DNA of 62,849 nt, the filler included. It is 13 parts of 13 records of this genome, joined end to end, with 100 filler letters (N's around TTAATTAATTAA, not from the genome) between each part and the next. Parts side by side here need not be neighbours in the genome. Positions count along the whole stretch, not along the records: positions 1 to 3,889 come from SRR7504441_12144; positions 3,990 to 8,386 come from SRR7504441_12146; positions 8,487 to 16,700 come from SRR7504441_12153; 10 more parts are not named here. The stretch is one strand, 5' to 3'. Under the pieces are notes generated by a model, which saw only the letters and a program-made list of their open reading frames with translations, did no database searches and was not told the DNA's origin. The translations under genes were made by a program, and so were the position numbers. Numbering within the stretch: the first letter of the stretch is position 1; the number at the start of each line of letters is the position of its first letter. This document shows positions 1 through 11,132 of the stretch, in pieces.

Positions 1-1495
1 AGCCCAGCGAGCGAGCTCAGCTGCCGGCTGTGGTGAAACCCGAGTTCGAGCTGCTGCAGCCTCACCCCAAGCCCGACCATCCCGTCCGCCAGTGCCGCCA
101 TGTCCCCAGCAAAGCACCGGCTCCCGAACCTGAGAGCCAGCCGCGCCACACTCAGCTGGGCCAGGCCACACCCGAGCCCGAGCCCGGCTAAGTTACTCAG
201 CTGCTCCATTCCAGTCAGCTCGAGCACCAGCTCCTCGCTCGGCCCTTCAGCGGCCACCGCCAGTGCCTGCCGGAGCAGTCCGTGGCTGGCCGCTGTCCGG
301 AGCGAGGCACGCCCGAACATCGCCCGGATCGAGCTGTTGAATGCCTCGTACCCGCCAGCCGGGACCACAGACTGCAGGATGGTTTCCCTGTCGTACTGCG
401 CAGTGCCAGTGGCTGCTTCAGCGTCCAGCCTCCAGCAGTGCTCGAGCGCGCCCACCGGGAAGCCCTGCCGAGCCTTAGTCTCGCCTGGCTAGGCCCTCAC
501 CGCCTCACGCTGCGCCTTGCTCCTGTATCCGTTCCCCAGGCTGTTCTGGCCATCCGCCAGCTCCATCGCCGCCTCCGCCTCGGTCAGACCTTGCGTGATC
601 AGCTCCGGTCGCCCGCCTGGCGCCGCCCCCATGTCGACTCGCAGCTTGTTGGCCGCCTGGAGCTCAGCAACCAAACCAATCTCCAGGCAGCACCAGGCCC
701 TCCCAACTGATCCGCCCTCCGCGTCCAGAAGCAGCACCGCCCCGGTCGCCCGGCGCAGCGCCGCCCGAGCTAGCCCGCCTGGCGGCAGGTCGGGCTGGTG
801 GTCTGGGTTGACAGCTGCCCCCGGGGTGAGGCACGGCCCGCCAGCCGGTCACCTAGTGCCGCAACAAACCACATGCAGCTATCCGGCAGCCGGCGCACGG
901 TGGCGTGCCGGTCGATTACCGCCACTAGCCCACAGAGCGGTTCGGTCCAGCTGTGGGACACGAACCAGTCGCCGTCGCGGGGCGAGCTCGACGCGCTCAT
1001 CAACTCGACCAGCGAGCATCCATGCGCGCTCGCCACCGGCCGGAGCACCCACTCGGTCAGCTGCTCGAAGTCGAGCGAGTCCTGGTGCAGGAACGCCCCA
1101 GGCGTCCCGCTCTCCTCGGCCGAGCGGCGGTCCCACCAACGGAGCAATCCGTCCGAGTCGCCTGGGGCCAGCTGATCCTTGGGCAGCCGGTGCCGGCCGA
1201 CGAACTCAACCAGCCGGTGCAGCTGCTCGAGCGAGGCCGCCCGCCGCTCTGGGGCCCCGATCGAGGCCGGGCGCTGGCCGAGCGGGCTGAGGTCGAGCTC
1301 GGCGGGCGAGAGTGGCACCAGCGGCTCGGCGCCTGCGATGGCCGGCAGCTGCTCCTTGGTGAGCGGCTCCGGGTCAGCGCTGCCACTATGCAAGGCGAGT
1401 CCGTTCCAACCGGCGGGAGGGGTCGGATCGTCGCTCGCAACATCCCCGCCACCCAGCCCGCAGCTGCAGCAGCGCGAGGAGCAGTCGGCCCCCAT
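1..1495 (-). CDS. TIR/HET-like domain protein with probable C-terminal leucine-rich repeats; spliced, 3' end truncated by window edge
   Basis: Motifs RAASLEQL, CSLVE, WFVSHSW and RAWCCLE, spread over ORFs 770-1495 and 489-737. N-terminus MGADCSSRCCSC resembles a myristoylation/palmitoylation signal. LQQLELGF-type LRR-like segment near position 50. Confidence 0.55.
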
Positions 1496-1784
1496 CAGGC
1501 TGTCAACGGATGAAGCCGATGCCGGAGAGCTGTGAAACCTGCGGCTTGGAACTAGGTACGGTGCTGGTTCATCTTCGCGTTACTAGTGGCTTGCTCCCGC
1601 TCCCCGGGCAATCCACACCGCTCGCAACAGGTACTCGGTACGAAGATTCCATACAATGACCTAAGCTAATGACATTGTACGTATTCGTACGGGTTTGATG
1701 CCGCCGGGGTTACTAATCGTCACTAATGAGTACATAATGACACCATGAGTGTATAATGACATCTATATTGAAATCGACTGAGCC

Positions 1785-2505
1785 TCAGTAGCCGTTGTTC
1801 GACCAGCTGACCTGGGCGTCCCCAAACCTGCCCCAAGCTCAGTCTGCCCTGCCAACCAGCCACCGCTTCTCTAAGAGCCCTGCTGCAATTTTGTTGCAAT
1901 CCTGGCACCGCCCAAACGTGGCCGAGTAGCCATATACTTCCATGGCTGACCCCTCTCGCCGCAGCCGCCCGCCGCCCAGGATGCTTAGCTTTACGCCGCC
2001 GGCCAGCCGCTTCGCCTCCCTACGCGCCGCTTCATAGTTATCCGCATGCAGTTCAAACTGCGGACTCTGACACCCAGCTAGCTTGCCCCGCCCCCCTGGG
2101 CAATACACACCGCTCGCACCAGGTACTTGCGCTCGCCACCAGCCTGCACCTCCCGGTAACAGCCGGTCGGGCCGCGAGCGCACCTCGGCCTCGAGGAGCA
2201 CGTACTTGAAGGTCCCCTTCGACTGGACATCCACGGTCGGAAGCTGTCCCCGTGTCCCGCTCGGCCCGCGCCCAGCCCACCCTGTGCAGCGGGCTGCCCG
2301 GAGAGAGCCGGAGGGTGGCCGGGCGCGGGTCGTGCCGCTCGTCCTCGTCCAGTCCTGCCGGGCACTGACAGCGGCCCCCCGGCGGGGCACCGAGGTAGTC
2401 GTCGGACGGGTTGTCCAACAGATCGGCCGCTGCCTGTTCAAACGCCGACGGCGCCATCGCGGCAGCCAGCCCCACCCCGAGGAGGAGGAGCTGCCAGCTT
2501 ACCAT
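1785..2505 (-). CDS. Janus/Ocnus-family phosphohistidine phosphatase-like protein with signal peptide; 5 small introns
   Basis: Spliced product contains VDVQSKGTFKYVLL, KYLVR, ELHADNY, LGGGR, VYGYS and ends VSWSNNGY*, matching PHPT1/Janus hallmarks. Confidence 0.8.
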
Positions 2506-2576
2506 CAGAGCAGAGCCGTTGTAAAGTGCCGTTACGGTTGCGCGGTCGGCCTAAGGGTCACGCGCGACGTACTGTA

Positions 2577-3889
2577 ATGCCGCGCAACACAACCTGGCGG
2601 AGCAGCGACCCTGAGAAGAGCGCTTACTTCGGAGTGCCCTGGCAGGAGGACGACGAGGTTCTCGAGTGTCCGCTATGTCTGAGCGACTTCGGCATGTTCA
2701 ACCGGAGGCACCACTGCCGTTTCTGCGGCGGCGTCTTCTGCGCCAAGTGCTGCTACCAGAAAGTCAAGCACCCTCGCACCAAGGAGATGGAGCTCATGTG
2801 CCGCACGTGCTACGGCGACCACGTCACCAGCCTGCACACCAAGCGCACCTCCGCCGCGGCAGCCTCTGGCGCCTCCAGGACCGCCGACCCGCCTCCGTAC
2901 AGCTCCGGAGCCGCTGACACTGCCAAACAGTCGGCCGGGCTGCACGCAGCCGGGTCGGTGGCTCAGGCAGTGCCCGCGGCCGCTCCAGCCAGCGCTCCCC
3001 GCCCGCCGGCCGCCAGCCAGCCCAACGAGCCAGCACGGCAGATCTCTCCGCAGCACCTAACTATGCTTCGGGCGGACCCCGGGTTGGCCAGCAAATTTGA
3101 CGAGGTGTACGGCCCCGGGGCGTCGGCCGCCGCGCTGGCTGTCCCGGAAGCGGCGCCGGCTGTGGAACTAGTGGGGCAGGCCAGGGTGCAGGCGGATCTC
3201 GAGTCTCAGGTCCAGGCCCAGATCGACGCTCGGATCAAGCAGGAGCAAACCAACCGGCGGGAGGCCGAGCAACAGGCCCGGCTCAAGGCCCGGCAGCAGG
3301 CGCTCGGGTACCAGGGAGAGCAGCCCAAGTCCGCGGCTGCTCAGGCGGAGGAGACGCGGCGGGCTGAGTGGGAGAAGCAAGCAATGGCCGAGGCAGCAAA
3401 GGCAGCAACGGAGGAGGCCGAGCGGGCAGCGGCGGAGCGGCAGGCCGAGCAGGCAGCCCGAGCGGCGGCATCCGAGGCGGAATCCGAGGCGAAAGAGCGG
3501 GCGGCAAGAGATGAAGCTGAACGGAGGGCGGCCGAGCAGGTAAGACAGGCCGAGATTGAAAGGCTCGCAATGGAGGCGGCGCTGGCTGCAGCTGAGGAAG
3601 AGAAGGAGGCCCAAGAGCAAACAGCTAGAGAGCAGGCTAAAGAGAAACTGAAGCAAGCCAAGCGGGAGGAGGCCGAGAAGATCAAGGAAGCAGCCAAGCA
3701 GGCAGCGAGGGATGAGGCCGATAAGGCAGCCAAACAGGCGGCTGAGCGGGCGGCTCGGGAGATGGAAGCGGCGGAGAAGGCACGGGAGGCCGCCAGGGAG
3801 ATGGCGCGGAAAGAAGCGGCCAAGCTGGCTGCGGCCCAGGAGAAGAAGGCAGCCCGGCTGGCTGCAGAGCAGGCAGCCAAGCAGGAGGC
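2577..3889 (+). CDS. FYVE zinc-finger protein with Ala/Glu/Lys-rich coiled coil; 3' truncated
   Basis: WQED...CPLC...F.MFNRRHHCRFCGGVFCAKC...CRTC is a canonical FYVE motif. Confidence 0.85.
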
Positions 3890-3989
3890 NNNNNNNNNNN
3901 NNNNNNNNNNNNNNNNNNNNNNNNNNNNNNNNNTTAATTAATTAANNNNNNNNNNNNNNNNNNNNNNNNNNNNNNNNNNNNNNNNNNNN
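3890..3989. other. Artificial contig spacer (N44-TTAATTAATTAA-N44). Also at 8387-8486, 16701-16800, 20046-20145, 26498-26597, 29740-29839, 34511-34610, 42712-42811, 46482-46581, 51787-51886, 55689-55788 and 59577-59676
   Basis: Identical 100-nt layout 12 times; the core has stop codons in all six frames. Confidence 0.98.
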
Positions 3990-4059
3990 CTTTCCCCGCT
4001 TTTTCGCGGATGGTATGATCAGCCCGTTGACTGCTGGATGTGCCGGCAGTGCCCAGAAG

Positions 4060-4460
4060 CTATACTATACGCTCTAAGGCCTCCAACATTACCACACTAT
4101 TGCCGCGGATCACCTACAGACGCTCAGCGCCGGTGCGGGGCTGTCCGACTCACCACCATGCCGATTTCGTTCCGCTCAGATGCGGACACCTCCTCGACAG
4201 TCTCGTCCACCACTAGGTTCATAAATTGGTCAAATCCGCGCAGCGTCCCGGTGATCCGCCGGTTCCCATTGAGCTTCACTGCCCCACCAAAGCTCAACCC
4301 AAGTGCCGGCCGGGCTGGCCTCACGCGAGAGCTTCTTGTCCATGTACCTGCCACACCCAAGGGTCAGTCTTCCCGAGGCTGGGCAGCGCTAGGCGGAGAG
4401 GCAACCGAGGGCCTGGGGCGCGGGATACCTCCGAAGATCGGGTCCGCCCTTGCTCGACAT
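4060..4460 (-). CDS. SNRPG: Small nuclear ribonucleoprotein Sm G; 3 introns
   Basis: Spliced: [47 protein letters not shown]...IGMVVIRGNSVVMLEALERIV*. Confidence 0.93.
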
Positions 4461-4515
4461 CCTTGGAAGCGCGCTCGAGACAGATGAGACTCGCACGGCC
4501 GTTACTGCCGCTGAA

Positions 4516-6030
4516 ATGGCCGAATCGGAAGAGGACAAGCAGAAGTATGTCGTGGACCTGGACGCTGGCAGCACACCCGCAGTGGTCAACCCCGCGCGGA
4601 ACGCCGATCTGACCATTCCAGTCGCGATCATCCAGAACCAATCGCCTCCCGACGCCACAGACAGTGGCGCAGAGCCCCAACACAGCTTTCCGTGGCTGCT
4701 GGTTTTCTGGAGCGTCATCATTCTATCGGGACTCGCGCTGGTCCTATACCCCCCGTTGCCTGGCCTCACCGCCTGCAGGGCATCGTCTACTTCATCGTAA
4801 AGGTGGAAAAGGACGACTGCTCTGATGGCGTGGCGCTCCCAGGCGCTGCTGCGTCTTGCTGGCACTGCTAAGCGCGCTGCAGGAGACATCACCGCGCCCA
4901 ACTCGCCGACGTGGTACGATGTGCTGTCAGTGATGTATGGCTATGTGCCGTATCTGCTGCTGATCCTGTGCATCGCAACACTGGTGCGCGCCTGCACCGG
5001 CCTGGCTAACGTCCCTGCCCGTTCCAGTTTTGGAGGCGCACGCTCTGGCCGCTCCAGCTGCTCCTAATGGGAGGACTGATGGTGATTCTGAATGAAGGCG
5101 TAATCAAGCACATCGTGAATCAAGCTCGGCCGTCGGCATCGTGCCTCAAAAGCCCTGGAATGCCATCGTCACATGCTGCGCTGTCCATCGGCTACTGGTT
5201 TTACCTGCACTTGGAGGTGCTGCCCGTCATCGGATTATGCCGATGGTTCGGCCACAGACACTGTTCAAAGACCACTTGACCAGCACGTATTGCTGGAGAG
5301 TCAAGGATAAGGCTATTGTACTGCTCATGGTGTGGCTACTGCTTTTCCCTGTTCCATTTACTCGGGTAACAAACCAATGTAGACACCCCTCAGCATAGTA
5401 GCTGTGCCCTCTGCAAGTGCTGGACATGCGCGGTCACAAAACCCTTGATTCGAGTATGACAGGTCGTTTTGCAAGATCACACATGGGGACAGGCAGCCAG
5501 CAGGATTGCAGCATTTTGATAGTTATTGCAGGTCGGAGTTGGGGCGCTGGTCGGGGTTGTGGTAGCTGCTGTTTGGTTCATGCTGTTATGGAAATGTGGA
5601 TGCCAAGTATCAGCCAGTTTCCCTAACCTTAAGCAACGCACCCTCCCCCATCCGCGCTGTACCCCTGATCAGTTCGCCTCTCCCCAGAATTACCCCAGGA
5701 TTGTAATGTAAGGTTTGTCTGATTAATTGGTTCTGGCAGCACTTTGATCGAATTTGCGACTGGATCTCCAAGTGCAAGTGCCTGTTCAGCAACTTTAAGA
5801 ATGATTATTTCCCAACTCCATCCAAACTTTACCAGACAGAGAACCAAAATGATTTGAGAAAGGTGCAAAACTCCAGCAAAATGGAACTGATCAGCTCACA
5901 GGCTTGTTTCAAAGAAACAACCAGTAGCGAGCCACAAACGAGTACTGCAAGTGTAGACGAAATCAATCCACTGCCGCCATCCATGGGATCCAATCCTGAT
6001 GACGAGTCTAACGATCAAGATCATGCTTGA
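4516..6030 (+). CDS. PAP2-superfamily lipid phosphatase (dolichyldiphosphatase-like); multi-exon
   Basis: IKHIVNQARP and PGMPSSHA motifs plus several hydrophobic segments. The 3' exon structure is approximate. Confidence 0.75.
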
Positions 6031-6279
6031 GTTCAGAGGTACTGCGATCACTTCACTGTGTATACTCACTGAACTCCACTGTGTATAAGCTTATTCTGTT
6101 CATGAATCTGTCTGCTGGCGAATTCAGAAGTTCTGTTTTGAGTGTTAATGCTGGTGTCTACTACTTGTTAGTACGTACCTGGCTACCTGCGCATTCAGTC
6201 AGTAACTCAGTATACCGGCGTATAAAACTGACCCACTAACTGAACTAAACTATTGTACAGTATGCATATGTATTTTATT

Positions 6280-8227
6280 TTACGATTTTATGTACGCCAG
6301 TGAAGCAGCACAAAGTGCAGTTTGAACATCATGATAGTCTAGGTAGTTATCTGAAGAGCCATCAGTGCACTTTTCAGAATAAGTTTTGTGCGTGGATTCA
6401 AGTGCTTGAAGGAACTTGTGAGCACATGATGGCGTTGAGGCAGTTTCTGTACAAAGTTGTTCGAGAAGCAGGACATAGTGTGCATGCCCAGTATCCAGAT
6501 GCACCCGAACAAGTTGCTCAGCAATACATGCAGCAATCCCTTCCGAATGGAGGGCTGCCCGCACGAGGGCCCTATGTGCCAGGTCACAGCTTTTAATGTT
6601 GCTGGTACAGCACAAGTGAGCCAACAATCAAGCACGCACTTGCCTTGAATTTGAGTTGACAGAGCTCGAAATTAGCAACCGAACCGCAGTCTTTTGTGCT
6701 TTTGACCTGCAGTCGAATGAAAGCTATGAGCAAAGAAGTCCACACAGCTCAAGGCTACCTTCGATGATAGCACGCAGCTCGTAGCAACATGAGAGTTACT
6801 CCATCAATATATTGTGAGCTTACTAGGGACTCCAATGCCTCCTTGGACAAGGAACACAAGGGTTCTTGCCACGGCTTCTCTGCCATCTCAAGCAAGTACA
6901 TGAAGGACATCATGCCTGAAAGCAACAATACACGATCAATCAGATATCCAGCAGCAATGTCTGTGACACACCAAGTTTGCCACCAAGATAGGCTGCAACT
7001 TGGTGCCTATGCTTCTCCACATCAAAGGCTGCTTGTTGCTGCACCAACTAGACAAAACAACGATAATGAGCGTCCTTAGCATTCAGGTCAACTGACCTGT
7101 CTGGTGTCTTTCACGAGGTTGTTCAGCGTCTGAAACTCATTGGCGGCACCTTGTGTGATATGGAGCCATGAAGTTGGCGAGACTTGGCACGCTACGAGTT
7201 GCTGCCAACATCAGACAAGCTTACACAACATGGCAGAGTGGTTGCTATACCTGCTTCCCACTTGGTGACAGCTCTAGCTCAATTTCTGCTTGCCTTAGCT
7301 GCAAATTTTCTTTTTGAAGTTGCTCCGGGGACAGTGGTGCCCTTGGACTTCGAGGCGAAGACGGTGCTCGCCTATGCTGAGCTATCATTGACGGCCGGGG
7401 AGCCCGTGAGGATGCTGAAGAGGTTTTGCTCATACCAGCACCCATTGACGAGCCACCCATGGTTGGCGCGGCAAAGCTTGGTGCTGAACCGGGTGTCTTA
7501 GAACTGAATTCCGCTAGAGGTGATACTCTAGGGCTCACAGGCAATGTCGGGGATTCAGAATTTGATGGGCGCGGTGCCCTGGGAGAGTCCGACCGCGGCG
7601 GTGATGGCGTTTTGAATGGTTGCGACAGCCCAGTACCCTTCAGAGCTCCAGGAGCCTCCGGGGGAGAAGGGAACTGATCAGGGGAGCTCGCAGCACCTAT
7701 TGGGCTCGGTCGTGAGCCAGCCTCGTCAGTCTGGCGCTCGGCGAGTTGGCCGCTACTTGATGCGAAAGCATCAGTTGGGCTCGGCACTGGGCTTGACGGG
7801 GACGGTGTGGGCTGGCCGACGCTGGCCACCGGTGCGGAGCCACCCGCGCTAAGGGACAGTATTTGGGAGACCAGGGGAGCCGATGTGCTCGCGTCTGACT
7901 TTAGCCATGAACTGACGGCGTCCACTCCGGCCTCCGTCTGTGGCTGCTGGTTGCGGAAGCTCGTGCCGACTTCCTTAAAGGTCTGAAAGACACCAGCGTG
8001 ATCTGAGCTGGCAGCGCTGGAGTCCACCATGAGCTCCTGCTTCCAGGAGCGGCACAACTCCAACATCTCCAAATGGTCAGGGGAAAGCACGGAAGCCAGG
8101 TGATCAGCCTCATCCTCCGGACCTACACTAGGCGATCGCGGCGTGCCTGGCCAGGCGAATATGAGTGCCAAGGCGGGGCTGGAGCCATACCTGGCCGGTG
8201 TGCACCGTAGTCTGGCCCTTGTAGCAT
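6280..8227 (-). CDS. Hypothetical multi-exon protein (Ser/Pro-rich middle, helical C-terminus)
   Basis: ORFs 7245-8255 and 6280-6627 with GT-AG introns between them; no family recognised. Confidence 0.45.
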
Positions 8228-8486
8228 CGCCGACCTCCCCCCTACTAGACAGCACGTCCCATTACAACGCACGGCAGACTCACCGGCTCCGACACAAGGA
8301 TCTGTCCCAAGATAGTGGTGTATGCATAACCCCGTCAACCGGAGGGTAGGGGGGTAGTAGGGGGGTGTTGGGATTGAATTAAGAGGNNNNNNNNNNNNNN
8401 NNNNNNNNNNNNNNNNNNNNNNNNNNNNNNTTAATTAATTAANNNNNNNNNNNNNNNNNNNNNNNNNNNNNNNNNNNNNNNNNNNN

Positions 8487-9141
8487 GTCGCCACCAGGCC
8501 CGCACATCCATGCAGTAGTCTCCGTCCCCCAGCTTGCCCATCCGCAGCCGGGGCAGCTCCCCCGGCGCCGGTGGATCCACCGCCACCTGGGCGCTCCGTC
8601 CGCCGGGCAGCTCGCTCGCAACGCGGCACACCACGCCATGCGGCCCACCCGTGAGCCGGATCACCACCGGCACGTGGGCCGTCGCGCATGGCCCCATCAG
8701 CCGCGGCCAGTCCACCGCCTCCAGCCGCGGCGCGAACCCGTCCGGTACCTCGGTCAGACACCAACACCGCCCAGCCACTTTCCGGCTACGGCAGCACTCT
8801 GCGCAACGGCGGCGGGCCACTCGGGCCCGGTGCTTGCCGGCGAGCCTGGCCGGGATGTTGCCTCCGCACAGCATCCGGGCCCGGGCTGGGAGGGCCGACT
8901 CCCACAGCCGGTCTGCCCCGTCCAGCGCCTCCCGCCAGCTCCGGCAGACCCGCCCGATCCGGCCAAGCTGCCGCAGACTGCACCCGGACCAGCTGCGGAC
9001 CAGCAGCTCGGCCGGCAGTCGGAGCTCGGGTCGACGGGCCGGCCGGCGGTCGGGTGGGCCGGGCCGCTCCCACGGGAAGAGGTCGCCGCGGAGGAGCGAG
9101 CTGGCGGTGATGGCGCGGCGGGGGCCCCGGGGTGGCTGCAT
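8487..9141 (-). CDS. F-box protein; 3' truncated
   Basis: LPAELLVRSWSGCSLRQLGRIGRVCRSWREALDGADRLW fits the F-box consensus. Confidence 0.7.
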
Positions 9142-9190
9142 GCTCGACTGCGGGCGGTCGTTGGAGCCGTTGGCCGGCAAAGAGGCACCG

Positions 9191-10024
9191 ATGTACGGAG
9201 CCGCGCCGGTGGGGCTCGCGCTCTCTGGGGCGGTGGCCTGGCGGCTGAAGAGCCAGCCGGCGTACGAGCCGCCGGTGGCGTCGTGCGGGCAGTTGGGCCT
9301 GTCGGGGCTGTCGGACTACCTCGGGCGGCCAACATCGAGTCAGTCGGTGCTCCAGGTGCCGCCAGCCCCCGGGCCGGCCCCAACCGTTCCCAGGCCACAA
9401 AGCTGCCCACCGCGGACGGGAGCGCGCTGCTGGTCAAGGAAGCGTGCGCCGGGCCCGCGGCCGGCCGGCGACGGGGAGGGCAGGCTTGCGGCTGACCACG
9501 GGACATGGCTGCTTCTGGCGCTGGGGGTGCCGGCCGAGCAGTGGAGGGGGCTGAGTGAGATTGAGCGCAAGTGGGTCGAGCTTGAGGCGGCCGAGATCGA
9601 CCTGCTCCGACCCTGGGGCCCGAGCGCCGGCCAGGCCTCCCCGGCCGACGCGCTGGCGGCCCCGGCTCGGCTGGCTCGGCTGCTCGAGTTCGAGGTGTCT
9701 CAACTGACCAACCGGCTGGAGGAGAAGATCGGGGCCCGACGGGCTCAGAACCGCAAGTTTGCGGACAAGGCGAGCGGGCTACGGGACAAGGCGAGCGATT
9801 TGATAGAGAAGGCGCTGCCAGAGAGGGATGCGCTGATTGGGAGGACTGAGGAAAGGGCGGCAGTGCTGGTGGACTCGAGCAAGCAGTTTCAAGAGACGTC
9901 AACAGACGTGTTCAAGTGGCTCCGGTGCGAGAACCGCAAGTGCTGGATCGGTATCGCAGTGGGTGCTGTGCTAGTGGTCGGGCTGCTCGTCGGTGTCATC
10001 GTGCTAGTTACACAATCGAATTAA
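9191..10024 (+). CDS. Tail-anchored R-SNARE (synaptobrevin/VAMP-like) with atypical N-terminus
   Basis: ALPERDALIGRTEERAAVLVDSSKQF aligns by eye with the synaptobrevin coil; C-terminal TM helix. Confidence 0.65.
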   Translation: MYGAAPVGLALSGAVAWRLKSQPAYEPPVASCGQLGLSGLSDYLGRPTSSQSVLQVPPAPGPAPTVPRPQSCPPRTGARCWSRKRAPGPRPAGDGEGRLAADHGTWLLLALGVPAEQWRGLSEIERKWVELEAAEIDLLRPWGPSAGQASPADALAAPARLARLLEFEVSQLTNRLEEKIGARRAQNRKFADKASGLRDKASDLIEKALPERDALIGRTEERAAVLVDSSKQFQETSTDVFKWLRCENRKCWIGIAVGAVLVVGLLVGVIVLVTQSN

Positions 10025-10150
10025 AATTATCATAAATAGCGTTAACACTCATGCAGGTGCACTCGCGTCTGCTTACATGCATGCTGTATACCGAGCTGTA
10101 GAACTAATGATAGAGACTATAGATACATAAATAACACACTTTATCTTAAG

Positions 10151-10588
10151 TCAGCGGAACAACGCGCGCTGGAGCTCCCTAGTCGCCCTTTGCTCCTTGC
10201 TCTCGCTGTCGCCAGTCGGCCGCTCGGGGGACCACAGCCGCACAAAGTGCTTGGCCCTGCTGAGCTGCCGCTGCACCTCGCGGCACTTGGCCTGAGCCTC
10301 CAGCCGGCCCTCCTCCTCCTGCTGCCGGGCCTGCCTCTCCGCGGCAAGATCGGCTCGCACCGCCGCCACCCGCCGATCCCTGGCCCGGCACTCCTCCCGC
10401 AGCTGCTCGATTTCTTCCCGCTTGTCGCTGCACTGGCAGGCCGCCTGGTCCAGTGCCGCCTTGACCGCGCGCAGCTGCTCCCTCACCGCCGGCGGGATCC
10501 TCGGGACCGGCAGCTGACTCGGCGGGCCCCGCGGCACTGGGAGCTCCCGGCCCTCCAGTGCGCCGCAGAACCGGCCGCGGAAGGCCAT
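10151..10588 (-). CDS. Small coiled-coil hypothetical protein
   Basis: GC-rich ORF with heptad pattern, followed by an AT-rich 3' region. Confidence 0.5.
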   Translation of the reverse strand: MAFRGRFCGALEGRELPVPRGPPSQLPVPRIPPAVREQLRAVKAALDQAACQCSDKREEIEQLREECRARDRRVAAVRADLAAERQARQQEEEGRLEAQAKCREVQRQLSRAKHFVRLWSPERPTGDSESKEQRATRELQRALFR

Positions 10589-11132
10589 GCGGTGTGCAAC
10601 TGGCACTCTTCCCGCAGCTGCACACAGGCGTAGGCAGGTAGGTGCCTTTCAGCTGACCGTTATTCTCAGATTAGGCCCTTGAGTCCGGCACGGAGAGCAG
10701 CAACAACTTACTACATACAGGTATAACATAAGTATCCTAAATAATAGGGGACAAGTGATGAAGCGCTTCTACACTACAAATTGGGGCATGAGAAACTCAA
10801 GTGCCCGCGCAGCTCGCCTGCTCGTTGCGCTGCCACGCAATGGTACAACAAGGTGCGCGCGTGCCGACCTTCCTTAGGCTCAAGCCGCCGACCCGCCGTG
10901 AACAGGAAGGTCGAGCTCTCCCATGAGGAGCTCAACAAGCTCGAGTCCTCGGTCCTCACCGCGCTCAGTGCAATCGCGGTCCCGATCTTGGAGCTCGACG
11001 GCGTCGTCCGGGCTCTTGGCTACCTCACGGCTTACCGCGAGGCTGTCGAGGAAGAAGATGGGCGCCAAGCCGCTGCTCTCCTGATGAATCGAAGACAACA
11101 ACACCGACGTTGGCGACTATCTCCCTCATCAA

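Noticed and set aside
3890-3989. Regularly recurring TTAATTAATTAA flanked by N runs as a biological repeat or CRISPR-like array
   Set aside because: Fixed 100-nt artificial spacer used to concatenate contigs.
4348-4428. SmG intron 1 donor GTATCCCG as a U12-type intron
   Set aside because: It lacks the full GTATCCTT donor and a TCCTTAAC branch, and has an ordinary CTGAC branch.
8534-9902. Many long overlapping or antisense Arg/Pro/Ala-rich ORFs here and throughout the window
   Set aside because: Shadow ORFs expected from high GC content opposite real genes.
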